In this document: positions 20,229 to 28,934 of the stretch, one piece after another
Layout: each line of letters starts with the position of its first letter
Position numbering within the stretch: the first letter of the stretch is position 1
Source: Candidatus Pampinifervens sinense
GTDB taxonomy: Bacteria; Aquificota; Aquificia; Aquificales; Aquificaceae
NCBI GenBank assembly: GCA_037927135.1
Contig: JAXSPP010000005.1
Location: 32,001 to 96,000, forward strand
Direction: 5' to 3'
Length of the DNA: 64,000 nucleotides
Position numbers and translations under genes: made by a program
Notes under the pieces: model-generated
Told to the model about the DNA's origin: nothing
What the model saw: the letters and a program-made list of their open reading frames with translations, nothing else
Databases searched by the model: none

Positions 20229-21599
20229 CTATCGGACCAGATTAATAGTGTCTTCAAGCACCGTATTTGAAGAGGTTATTACTCTTGTGTTTGCCTGATA
20301 GGCTCTTTGTGCCGATATCAAGTTTATGAACTCAGAAGCTATATCCACATTGGACATTTCAAGCATTCCAGACCTTATCTTTTCCGCACCACCAGGGGTC
20401 ATTATAGTGGGCGTGGAGATGGATGTGTAAAGATTAGCACCCTTTTTAATAAGCTCTTCTGGATCAGGAAAGACAGCGATGGCAACCCTGTATAGAGGTA
20501 AAGATTTTCCGTTGGAGTATACACCTACTACCGCTCCATCTTCAGAAAGGATGTAGACATCTACCAGATCACCCTTTTGATAGCCATTTTGTTCTGCTGT
20601 AACAGTAAAATCTGCAGAGTATTGCGTTATGTAAGAGTTTGGTATGGGATCTCCAGCGTTAACAACTACAAACTGAGGAGATTCTCCTACGTATATCCTC
20701 CAAGCGTTGGCTGGAGGAAAGCTACCACCACTGGGTGTGGAAGGTGGAATGTTTAAATAAGTAGGATTAAGATAGTAATAATAGCTTTTACCGTCTGGAG
20801 AGGGCTCTCTCGTTATCACGTTGCCATCGTATATTAGACTACCAGAACTATCAAACTGTACATTGGTCCAATTTCCGGTGAGTTCATAGCCGGGTGTATT
20901 TGGATCTATATCCGACCTTAGGTATATATCCCACGTGTTAGTTGCAGTCTTTCTAAAGAATATGTCCGCTTGGTATGGTGTTCCCAAGCTATCGTATATG
21001 GTTATGGTGTATTTATAGTTGTAGCTTGCTGGATTGTTTGGATCAAAGGTTCCCTGTGGAATTCCAGCATTAGCGTTAAGGTTTGTAGGGCCAAGAAACC
21101 TTATTTGACTTGTTGCTTTTGGTGAAAGCTGTGGCACCACATGTACATCTTCAAGACCTGTGCCTACAATTTTACCCTTCTCGTCTATTCTAAACCCTTG
21201 AAGTTTAAGACCACCAGAGTTTACCATGAACCCATCCCTGCTTAGCCTAAATTGGCCATCCCTTGTATAGTAGTACACATTGGCAATAGGATCTTTCAGT
21301 ATAAAGAGACCCCTTCCCTGAATGGCTAAGTCTGTATTTATTCCCGTCTGTTTGAAGTTTCCTATAGTCCAAAGTTTTTGCGAACTGTCCACAACAATAC
21401 CAGCACCATAAGTTGTAGACTTCATAGTATTCGTTACCGTGTTCAATCCTATGGTTACAGAGGATATCACATCCTGAAAGATGGGCCTACTACCCTTAAA
21501 GCCTATAGTGTTTACGTTTGCTAAGTTGTCCGCCGTTATGTCCATCCATGTCCTGTAAGCATTGAGACCAGTTACCGCATTAAAAAAACTCCTCATCAT
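20229..21599 (-). CDS. flgE: Flagellar hook protein FlgE
   Basis: NLANVNTIGFK, YTRDGQF and LEMSNVDIASEF..QRAYQAN motifs; downstream of flgD. Confidence 0.93.
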   Translation of the reverse strand: MMRSFFNAVTGLNAYRTWMDITADNLANVNTIGFKGSRPIFQDVISSVTIGLNTVTNTMKSTTYGAGIVVDSSQKLWTIGNFKQTGINTDLAIQGRGLFILKDPIANVYYYTRDGQFRLSRDGFMVNSGGLKLQGFRIDEKGKIVGTGLEDVHVVPQLSPKATSQIRFLGPTNLNANAGIPQGTFDPNNPASYNYKYTITIYDSLGTPYQADIFFRKTATNTWDIYLRSDIDPNTPGYELTGNWTNVQFDSSGSLIYDGNVITREPSPDGKSYYYYLNPTYLNIPPSTPSGGSFPPANAWRIYVGESPQFVVVNAGDPIPNSYITQYSADFTVTAEQNGYQKGDLVDVYILSEDGAVVGVYSNGKSLPLYRVAIAVFPDPEELIKKGANLYTSISTPTIMTPGGAEKIRSGMLEMSNVDIASEFINLISAQRAYQANTRVITSSNTVLEDTINLVR

Positions 21600-21600
21600 G

Positions 21601-22248
21601 TTATACCCCTCCTACGTATATTAGCCTTGAAGGAGAGACAAGCTCCCCATTTTCAAGCTCAAAAAGAAGCTCACCATTTAGCACACTTATAGCTTTTACC
21701 TTGCTTAAATATCCAAGGCTTATCCCTTCCACCGGAAGGCCACCTTTAACAAGCCTTATCTCAAACTGTCCCTTCGGAAGCTGGCTTATGTCAATGGGGT
21801 TTAAACCTTTATTTATATCAAGGCTTACCTCCTTTATGACATCCTCACCGTCCATGATTCTAAGGGTTGCACCCTTTATCTCTTCAGAAGAGATAAGGTA
21901 ATACATTCCACCCTTTATGGTATCCAGCTTGTCTGTGGAGAAGACAAGCTCTTTACCTACAAGGCTGATGCCCGAAAGGAGGGTGATCTGATTGAACCAC
22001 CCTTTTAGGCTTTCTATAAACATCTTCATATCGTTCATGTACCTTATTTGGTTCAATCTTGTCATGTCTTCTAACATCTTTGAAAGGTCTTGTGGTTGAA
22101 AAGGATCCTGATACTTTAAGGTCTCCATGTATATCTTTAGAAAGTCCTCTGGAGATAGGTTGTCCACACCTTGTGTGTAGCTCTTTGGAAGGATCTTTGG
22201 CTCTTGTGGCCTTATATTGTATGGATCTGCTGTCTTCACAAAGGCCAT
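21601..22248 (-). CDS. flgD: Flagellar hook capping protein FlgD
   Basis: FLKIYMETLKYQDPFQP motif; start moved to ATG 22248. Confidence 0.85.
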   Translation of the reverse strand: MAFVKTADPYNIRPQEPKILPKSYTQGVDNLSPEDFLKIYMETLKYQDPFQPQDLSKMLEDMTRLNQIRYMNDMKMFIESLKGWFNQITLLSGISLVGKELVFSTDKLDTIKGGMYYLISSEEIKGATLRIMDGEDVIKEVSLDINKGLNPIDISQLPKGQFEIRLVKGGLPVEGISLGYLSKVKAISVLNGELLFELENGELVSPSRLIYVGGV

Positions 22249-22249
22249 C

Positions 22250-22492
22250 TTAACTCCTCCCCCTTTGCTTTTCAAGTTCTTCCGCCAATATCTGTGCAAA
22301 GCTCTTACCTTGGTCTTTCTCTAGCTGAAGAGACCCTTTCAGATCGTACACCCTCTGCTCTTTTTTAATAATGATCTGATCTCCTTTTACCTCAATCCTT
22401 ACAAGATCTCCCTCCTTCAGGCCCAACCTCTTCCTCACATCACTGGGCAAGGCTATGAGCCCCCTCGCCATAACCTTTACCAACTCATCCAT
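22250..22492 (-). CDS. AbrB/MazE/SpoVT-family DNA-binding protein
   Basis: RGLIALPSDVRKRLGLKEGDLV motif; start moved to ATG 22492, 7 nt after TATAAT. Confidence 0.85.
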   Translation of the reverse strand: MDELVKVMARGLIALPSDVRKRLGLKEGDLVRIEVKGDQIIIKKEQRVYDLKGSLQLEKDQGKSFAQILAEELEKQRGRS

Positions 22493-22499
22493 ACTTTTG

Positions 22500-22527
22500 A
22501 TTATATAACCTTTATGGAAAATGTCAA
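22500..22527 (-). promoter_or_regulatory. Consensus sigma70 promoter of the AbrB-like gene
   Basis: TTGACA(22527-22522)-N16-TATAAT(22505-22500). Confidence 0.75.
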
Positions 22528-22563
22528 GTGTCTCTAAAATGTCAAACATTTTCTATATGTCAA
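22518..22563. repeat. Three ATGTCAA direct repeats with 18-bp period
   Basis: ATGTCAA at 22521, 22539 and 22557. Confidence 0.8.
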
Positions 22564-22612
22564 TATAAAAATAAACCATTCTACAGTGCCAATGCTGTAT
22601 AATTCTTTACCT

Positions 22613-24196
22613 ATGAGACTTGAGCCAACAAAGAAACCACTTACTGTAAAGGATTTTGATGAACAAAGAGTGGGCTTTTGTGCAGGCTGTGGCTGTGGCT
22701 GTGGCTATATACTCTATCTAAAGGATGGCAAAGTGGTAGACCTCTATGGCCACCCTTCAGACAGAAGGGGTGTGGGCAGCTTTTGCACAAAGGGTATAAC
22801 CTATATACAGGGTGTCTATAAGAATCCTCTCAGGCTCAAAGGTGCTTTTGTTAAAAAGGAAGAGGAGTTTAATCCTGTAGATGTATCCTATGCATTAGAT
22901 CTGCTAAAAGAGAGGCTTTTGAAGGGGAAAACTGCCTTTCTCCTTGGAAGGTACGCTGGACTTGAGGAGTATATTTTGGCAAGAGAAATAACGGAGGATG
23001 TTTTTGTTGATGCCCCTGTGGTGGATTTTCTGCCTTCAAGCCTTCATCCTACCCAATGGAAAAACTTAAAGTTTATCCTCTCAGTGGATGCAGAGCCTGT
23101 CTTTTCAGAGGTCATGACAAGCCGTTGGATTGTAGACGCTTTAGAATCTGGTGCTTATCTTTTCTGCCTTTCCAGTAGGTATGAAACTGTATGTGCTAAG
23201 GCAAAGGAGAGGAGACTGTTAAAGCCAGACCTTATGATGGACTTTTTGGAGGCGCTTTTGGAGCCAGAAAAGAAGGAAGATAGAATAGAGTTTGTAAAAA
23301 GGAGCTTGTATCTGCTTAGGGGTTCTCTTCTTTTGGTAGGTGCGCACCTGCTCAACTCTCCTTTTGAAAAGAAGGTGATCGGGCTTTTGTCTAAACTGAG
23401 GAATAAGTATAAGGTAAACTATAGCTTTGTTGGTGATGTTATGCCCTTTTCCGCAAAAAGCCTAAGGGAGTTTTTTGAAAGGTTTGAGGAGTTTGATAAC
23501 CTTGTGGTTATTGGAAACCTGTTTAGATACTTTAGAGAAGAGCATCTTAAAGCCCTTGAAAAGAAGTTTGTTGTAAGTTTTCAAGTTTTCCCAAACATAA
23601 CGGCCCATCATTCTCATCTTATCTTTGCCAGCACCATGTTCTATGAGAGGGACTTTATAAACTATAGGCATGGCTTTGGCTATCTTGTTTATTCTCCAAA
23701 GGCTGTGGACCCCGAGGATGGCATATACAATCCATATTTCATCCTCTCTTCCCTCTTTTCTAAAAAGGTTGACCTGGATGCTTTTTTAGGGGAGATGGGT
23801 GTGGATATGAAGACCTTAAAGGAAGAGGGGGAAGTTCAAATTGAAGGAAGGGACATAAGCTTGGTGGAGGTGGAAGAAGGTCAAACACCAAGGGCGGAGC
23901 TTTTCCTTTATACAGACTCCACGCTGGTGGAAGACTTGGGCCATTGGAATCCATGGACCCATGATATAGAAAGGATTCAAAGGGCATACATAAACCCTCA
24001 AACGGCCAAAAGACTAGGCCTAAAGCAAAGCATAGATATAAATGGAATAAGCTTTGAGATTCAAACCACTGAAAACGTGGCTGAGGGTGTAGTGTTTGTA
24101 TCATCTGAGTATGAGGAGTTTCAACCCTTTGACCCTGGCCACAGGGTAGGAGCCTTTACCAAAAGGCCTTATCATCGTTATGAGGTACTGCTATGA
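22613..24196 (+). CDS. Molybdopterin oxidoreductase-family protein (short, FDH/NuoG-like)
   Basis: N-terminal CAGCGCGC...FCTKG 4Fe-4S motif; C-terminal INPQTAKRLG molybdopterin-dinucleotide-binding-like domain. Confidence 0.7.
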   Translation: MRLEPTKKPLTVKDFDEQRVGFCAGCGCGCGYILYLKDGKVVDLYGHPSDRRGVGSFCTKGITYIQGVYKNPLRLKGAFVKKEEEFNPVDVSYALDLLKERLLKGKTAFLLGRYAGLEEYILAREITEDVFVDAPVVDFLPSSLHPTQWKNLKFILSVDAEPVFSEVMTSRWIVDALESGAYLFCLSSRYETVCAKAKERRLLKPDLMMDFLEALLEPEKKEDRIEFVKRSLYLLRGSLLLVGAHLLNSPFEKKVIGLLSKLRNKYKVNYSFVGDVMPFSAKSLREFFERFEEFDNLVVIGNLFRYFREEHLKALEKKFVVSFQVFPNITAHHSHLIFASTMFYERDFINYRHGFGYLVYSPKAVDPEDGIYNPYFILSSLFSKKVDLDAFLGEMGVDMKTLKEEGEVQIEGRDISLVEVEEGQTPRAELFLYTDSTLVEDLGHWNPWTHDIERIQRAYINPQTAKRLGLKQSIDINGISFEIQTTENVAEGVVFVSSEYEEFQPFDPGHRVGAFTKRPYHRYEVLL

Positions 24197-24855
24197 GGGT
24201 GGGCCTATGTGAGGACAAAAGGGTAGAGGGGTTTATAGCGAGGACAATAGGGCTTGAGGAGATTGAAGGTTATAGATGTATAAGGTGGGTTGGTGGGCTT
24301 GATGTAATATTGGAAAGCCAAGAGGAGCTTGAAAGGTTTTTGGAAAAGTATGGTGAATTTGTCTATGCGTTGGGAAGGGAGGAGATGGAGGAGGTGGTAG
24401 GAAGGCTTCTAAAGGAGAGGGGTCTGAAGCTTGCCACCGCTGAGAGTTGCACTGGTGGTTTGCTTTCTGCAAGAATAGTGAACGTGCCAGGGTCTTCTGC
24501 CTACTTTGTAGGTGGCTTTGTGGTCTATGCCAATGAGCTAAAAACTAGGCTTTTGAGCGTAGAAGAGGAGGCTATAAAGAGGTATGGGGCTGTCTCTGAA
24601 GAGGTCTGTAGGCAAATGGCCGTAGGTGCCCTTGAAGAAACGGATGCGGACATCTCCCTTGCCATAACTGGTATTGCTGGACCAGGTGGTGCCACACCAG
24701 ACAAGCCTGTAGGTCTGACATATATAGGCATCGCTACCGATAGGGAGGTTATCGTAAAAAGGTTTCTCTTTAATGGCACTAGGAATGAAAACCGCTTTTT
24801 GGCTACACAATGGGCCCTTGAGATGCTAAGGCGGTATCTCTTGAAAGGGGGGTAG
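24193..24855 (+). CDS. cinA: CinA C-terminal domain protein (NMN deamidase PncC)
   Basis: AESCTGG, PGSS, GAVSEEV and TGIAGPGG motifs. Confidence 0.88.
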   Translation: MRVGLCEDKRVEGFIARTIGLEEIEGYRCIRWVGGLDVILESQEELERFLEKYGEFVYALGREEMEEVVGRLLKERGLKLATAESCTGGLLSARIVNVPGSSAYFVGGFVVYANELKTRLLSVEEEAIKRYGAVSEEVCRQMAVGALEETDADISLAITGIAGPGGATPDKPVGLTYIGIATDREVIVKRFLFNGTRNENRFLATQWALEMLRRYLLKGG

Positions 24856-24856
24856 T

Positions 24857-25648
24857 ATGAAAAAGATCCATCCGACGGCCATAATCAAGGGTGAAGTGGA
24901 GTTGGGTGAAGAGGTGGAGATAGGCCCCTATACCGTAATAGAGGGTACGGTGAAGATAGGCGATGGCACAAGGATAGGGGCAAGGGTTTCTATAAAGGGA
25001 AAGGTATACATAGGTGAGGGGTGTAAGATATACGATGGTGCCATAATAGGCGAGGAGCCACAGCATCTTAAGTACGCAGGGGAGGAGAGTGAGGTGATAA
25101 TAGGCAACAGGGTGATCATAAGGGAGTATGCCACCATCCATAGGGGTACTGCCCTGGATAAGCTAAAGACGGTGGTGGAAGATGATGTAATGCTTATGGC
25201 CTATGCCCATGTGGCCCATGATTGTGTGGTAAGGAGGGGTGTGATAATGGCCAACTGTGCCACTCTGGGTGGACATGTGGAGGTGGGAGAGTATGCCTTC
25301 ATAGGTGGTCTTGCCGCCGTTCACCAGTGGGCAAGGGTAGGAGCCTATGCCATGGTTGGAGGCCTTTCTGGAGTCTCTTTAGATATTCCACCTTACACCA
25401 GAGCTTCTGGTCAGCATGCCCATCTTTATGGTATAAACACGGTAGGTTTAGAAAGGAGGGGTTTTAGCAAGGAAGTTATAGCGGTGCTAAAGAGGGTCTA
25501 TAGAATACTCTTTAGAAGTTCTATGCTAAAGTCGGAGGCTATAAAGCTTGTGCTTGAGGAGTATGGCAAGTATCCTGAGGTTTTAAGGCTTGTGGAGTTC
25601 ATACAAAGTTCTAAAAGGGGTGTGGCTAGGGACGCTGGCAAAGGGTAA
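24857..25648 (+). CDS. lpxA: UDP-N-acetylglucosamine O-acyltransferase
   Basis: Hexapeptide repeats; IREYATIHRGT and HVAHDC motifs. Confidence 0.96.
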   Translation: MKKIHPTAIIKGEVELGEEVEIGPYTVIEGTVKIGDGTRIGARVSIKGKVYIGEGCKIYDGAIIGEEPQHLKYAGEESEVIIGNRVIIREYATIHRGTALDKLKTVVEDDVMLMAYAHVAHDCVVRRGVIMANCATLGGHVEVGEYAFIGGLAAVHQWARVGAYAMVGGLSGVSLDIPPYTRASGQHAHLYGINTVGLERRGFSKEVIAVLKRVYRILFRSSMLKSEAIKLVLEEYGKYPEVLRLVEFIQSSKRGVARDAGKG

Positions 25649-25657
25649 AATATTATC

Positions 25658-27043
25658 ATGAGAGCTCTAGTGCTTTCTGCAGGTCTTGGCACACGCTTCA
25701 AAAGTGAAAAACCTAAAGTTATGCATCCTATCCTTGAAAAGCCTATGCTTTGGTATGTGCTGAATATACTAAAAGATCTAAACATTCAAGATATAGCCCT
25801 TGTGGTAGGGTATAAAGCGGAAGAGATAAAGGCTTACTTTGGAGAAGCCTATCAGTACTTTTATCAGTCTAATCCAAAGGGTGGAACTGGAGATGCTGTA
25901 CTTTCTGCCATAGACTTTTGGAGGGATTACGATGGCTATCTCCTTGTTATCAACGGAGACTCCCCTCTTGTGAAAAGTCAAACGATCCAGAACATGCAAA
26001 GGTATTTACATATGGTGGAGGAGTATGAAGGTATAAAGCTGAGTGCATTATTACTTTCGGCTCAGCTTCCCGACCCTACAGGCTATGGTAGGGTGGTAAA
26101 GGATCAAGAGGGGAATGTGATAAAGGTGGTAGAAGAAAAAGATGCCTCCTTTGAAGAAAAGCTGATAAAAGAGGTAAACGGAGGAGTTTACCTCTTCTAC
26201 TGTCCACATCTACTTGAGACACTCTTTAGGGTCAGTCCTAGTCCAAGGACGGGTGAGATCTATCTTACAGAGGTCTTTGGCCTTATGGCTCAAGCTGGCT
26301 ATAAGGTCAGAAGTTTCATGGCGGAAGATCCTGCAGAGATACTAGGTGTGAATACAAGGTGGGATCTGGCTATTGCGGAGAATGTGATAAGGCTTAGGAT
26401 ACTGCAAGAGTGGGCACAGAAAGGCAACACCCTCCATCAGCCTGAGAGCCTTTGGATAGGTCCGGAGGTAGTCTTAGAGGGCGATGCGGAGATATACCCA
26501 GACGTGATGCTAAAGGGGAATACGAGGATCGGTAGGGGTGTGATAATCGGAAGGGGTAGCATAATAGAGGATTCTGTTGTGGAAGATGGTGCCATAATTG
26601 AAGCCTACTCTGTCATAAGGAATTCTCATATAAAATCTGGGGCTGTGGTGGGCCCTTTTGCCCACATAAGGGACAACAGCCTAATAGGAAAGGACAGCCA
26701 TATAGGCAACTTTGTAGAGGTCAAAAAGTCCTACATTGGCGAAAGGGTAAAGGCTAAGCATCTGGCCTATATAGGGGATGCTACCATTGAAGATGATGTA
26801 AACGTGGGTGCTGGTGTAGTCTTTGCTAACTTTGATGGAAAGAAAAAGCATGAGAGCTTTGTAGGGAAGGGTGCCTTCATAGGTAGCAACTCCCTTATAG
26901 TGGCTCCAATAAGGATAGGAAGCTACTCTTTTATAGCGGGGGGTTCTGTGATTACAAGGGATGTGCCTGATGGGGACCTAGCTATAGAGAGGTCTAGAAT
27001 GAGGATTTTAAAAGGCAAAGGTAAGGAAAAACTGCTTGACTAA
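25658..27043 (+). CDS. glmU: Bifunctional UDP-GlcNAc pyrophosphorylase/glucosamine-1-P acetyltransferase
   Basis: LSAGLGTRFKS..PKV, GYGR, GNFVEVK and HLAYIGDA motifs. Confidence 0.97.
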   Translation: MRALVLSAGLGTRFKSEKPKVMHPILEKPMLWYVLNILKDLNIQDIALVVGYKAEEIKAYFGEAYQYFYQSNPKGGTGDAVLSAIDFWRDYDGYLLVINGDSPLVKSQTIQNMQRYLHMVEEYEGIKLSALLLSAQLPDPTGYGRVVKDQEGNVIKVVEEKDASFEEKLIKEVNGGVYLFYCPHLLETLFRVSPSPRTGEIYLTEVFGLMAQAGYKVRSFMAEDPAEILGVNTRWDLAIAENVIRLRILQEWAQKGNTLHQPESLWIGPEVVLEGDAEIYPDVMLKGNTRIGRGVIIGRGSIIEDSVVEDGAIIEAYSVIRNSHIKSGAVVGPFAHIRDNSLIGKDSHIGNFVEVKKSYIGERVKAKHLAYIGDATIEDDVNVGAGVVFANFDGKKKHESFVGKGAFIGSNSLIVAPIRIGSYSFIAGGSVITRDVPDGDLAIERSRMRILKGKGKEKLLD

Positions 27044-27076
27044 AAGCCTATAAAGCTTTATAATAGTTAAAGCCTA

Positions 27077-27150
27077 GAGCCGGTAGCTCAGCCTGGTAGA
27101 GCAACGGACTTTTAATCCGTGGGTCGCGGGTTCAAGTCCCGCCCGGCTCA
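27077..27150 (+). tRNA. tRNA-Lys(TTT), CCA not encoded
   Basis: Acceptor GAGCCGG/CCGGCTC; anticodon arm ACGGA-CTTTTAA-TCCGT; GGTTCAAGTCC T-arm. Confidence 0.96.
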
Positions 27151-27867
27151 TACTGCAAGCTTTTCTAGCTCTCTCCTCTTTATTATCTCAATGTAGCCCC
27201 TTTCCGCGTTTATTATGCCTTGCTTTTTCCATTTGCTCATGACCCTTATGGTGGTCTCCACCGTGGTGCCCGTCATCTCCGCAATGTCAAGCCTTGTAAG
27301 GGGCGCATCTATCACTATTACATCATCATACTTTTTACCTATCCTATCCGCTATCTCTAGAAGCACCTTAGCTATCCTCTCCTCCACTTTCCCACCCGCT
27401 ATGCTCTTCAAGGTCTCATAGCTGTGCAATAAAGTGGCTGTAGCCTCACAGGTCATCTTTATAGCTATTGCAGGATGCTTTATAGCTAAGTTTATAAAAT
27501 CCTTATTGGATATGTACAGAGTTTTGCTGTCTATCATGGCCTTTGCGCTGTAAGTGTTCTTCGGAGCCTTTTTACCCCATTCTATCCAACCAAACACATC
27601 TCCAGGGTACACAAGCCTGACTATAACTATCCTTGCATCATGGGTCTCTTTAAGAAGCTTTATAAGACCTTCCACAAGTATGTAAACGCCTGGCTCAGCC
27701 TCCTCTTCAAAAAACAGATACTCATTCCTCTTGAAGGTTTTAACCTGCATATATTTGATGGCATCTTTTAGCTCCTCTCCCGACAGATCCTCAAAAAGGG
27801 GTATCTTTTTGATCATTTCAAGCTTTAGGTCCTGAGCCTGCCTTTCTCCAAAAGCCTCTTTTGCCAT
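27148..27867 (-). CDS. Crp/Fnr-family transcriptional regulator (DNR-like, no N-terminal Cys cluster)
   Basis: cNMP-binding-like domain; HTH LTRLDIAEMTGTTVETTIR; AGGAGG RBS. Confidence 0.9.
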   Translation of the reverse strand: MAKEAFGERQAQDLKLEMIKKIPLFEDLSGEELKDAIKYMQVKTFKRNEYLFFEEEAEPGVYILVEGLIKLLKETHDARIVIVRLVYPGDVFGWIEWGKKAPKNTYSAKAMIDSKTLYISNKDFINLAIKHPAIAIKMTCEATATLLHSYETLKSIAGGKVEERIAKVLLEIADRIGKKYDDVIVIDAPLTRLDIAEMTGTTVETTIRVMSKWKKQGIINAERGYIEIIKRRELEKLAV

Positions 27868-28934
27868 CCCTTACCTCCTACAGTTACTTGTGGTTCAAAT
27901 ACTACATAATCGGTATGAAAGGGCACCTTATTTTTACCACCAAAGGAATGATTATCCCCGATAGCTATATGTATTGTACCTAGTATCTTTTCCGCCTCAA
28001 GAACATTATCGGGCCTTCTTGCTTTTGGATTTGTTCCAACTCCAAACTCTGCTATAAAACGGGCCCCCTCATACCTTTTGAAAACCTCCTCTAGGTAATA
28101 CCTGTAAGGTTCAAAGCCCTCCATTTCTTCAACAGCACCGTCCCTAAACTTCAAGGTTATAGGCCTCTCAAGCCTTCTATCAGGACCATAGAATATGGTA
28201 AGCCTTCCAAAGGCAGAGTTCTCAATGGGTGCCACAAAGGCCTCTCCTGCAGGCAAGTTTCCATACTGACCCCTTTGATGGAAAAGTCCTGTATCCGCTA
28301 TAGCCTTCCTGTCCTTTATAGAAAACTCTATGTCTGTCTCTTCCGCCTTCACATGCACCCATTCTGCTTCTGAGAGTATGTCTGCCACATCTTGACTTAA
28401 GCTTGCCACGTAGCTCCAGTCAACGTCCATAGGACCAAAGAACATATCCGGTTCAAAAAGGGGCATGCTTGCATACCTACAGCCAAAAACCTCTGTAAGA
28501 GTCTTTCTAAAGAAGGTATGAGTAGTTGAATAATAGGGGAAGGCTACTACCACATCAGGAACTTCATCCACATAGGCTTTAAGTATGTCAATGACCTCCG
28601 TTTCAGAATAATCCTCTTTAAACAGTACCCTTTCCAAAAGGCCCTTCTCTTTTAACTCCTCTATAGCCCTATCGCCAAAGGCCAGCCTCCATAGCTCCTC
28701 TGGTGGCTCCTTACCATGCCCCTTCAAAGAGGGATAAACGTAATGCCTTACCTCTTGAGCTATTGTCTCACCCACCTCTACAAAGTCTCCTATGAGGTCC
28801 ATAAGGTAATCCTTTTCGTCATCGGTAAAGACCAAAAGTTTTTCCCCTTCCTTTAGATCCATATTAACTTTATAGAGTTTAAGGATAGCATCTTTATACA
28901 TGGTTATTAAATAATTTATCTCATTTTCTATCAA
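27825..28934 (-). CDS. Aminopeptidase (M29/aminopeptidase T-like)
   Basis: GNLPAGEAF, AEFGVGTN, EAEKILGTIHIAIG and HTD motifs; start uncertain (28934 or 28901). Confidence 0.85.
   Translation of the reverse strand: MIENEINYLITMYKDAILKLYKVNMDLKEGEKLLVFTDDEKDYLMDLIGDFVEVGETIAQEVRHYVYPSLKGHGKEPPEELWRLAFGDRAIEELKEKGLLERVLFKEDYSETEVIDILKAYVDEVPDVVVAFPYYSTTHTFFRKTLTEVFGCRYASMPLFEPDMFFGPMDVDWSYVASLSQDVADILSEAEWVHVKAEETDIEFSIKDRKAIADTGLFHQRGQYGNLPAGEAFVAPIENSAFGRLTIFYGPDRRLERPITLKFRDGAVEEMEGFEPYRYYLEEVFKRYEGARFIAEFGVGTNPKARRPDNVLEAEKILGTIHIAIGDNHSFGGKNKVPFHTDYVVFEPQVTVGGKGWQKRLLEKGRLRT

Noticed and set aside
22518-22563. Mini-CRISPR or plasmid iterons
   Set aside because: Repeat core is only 7-10 bp with an 18-bp period; no cas or rep gene nearby.
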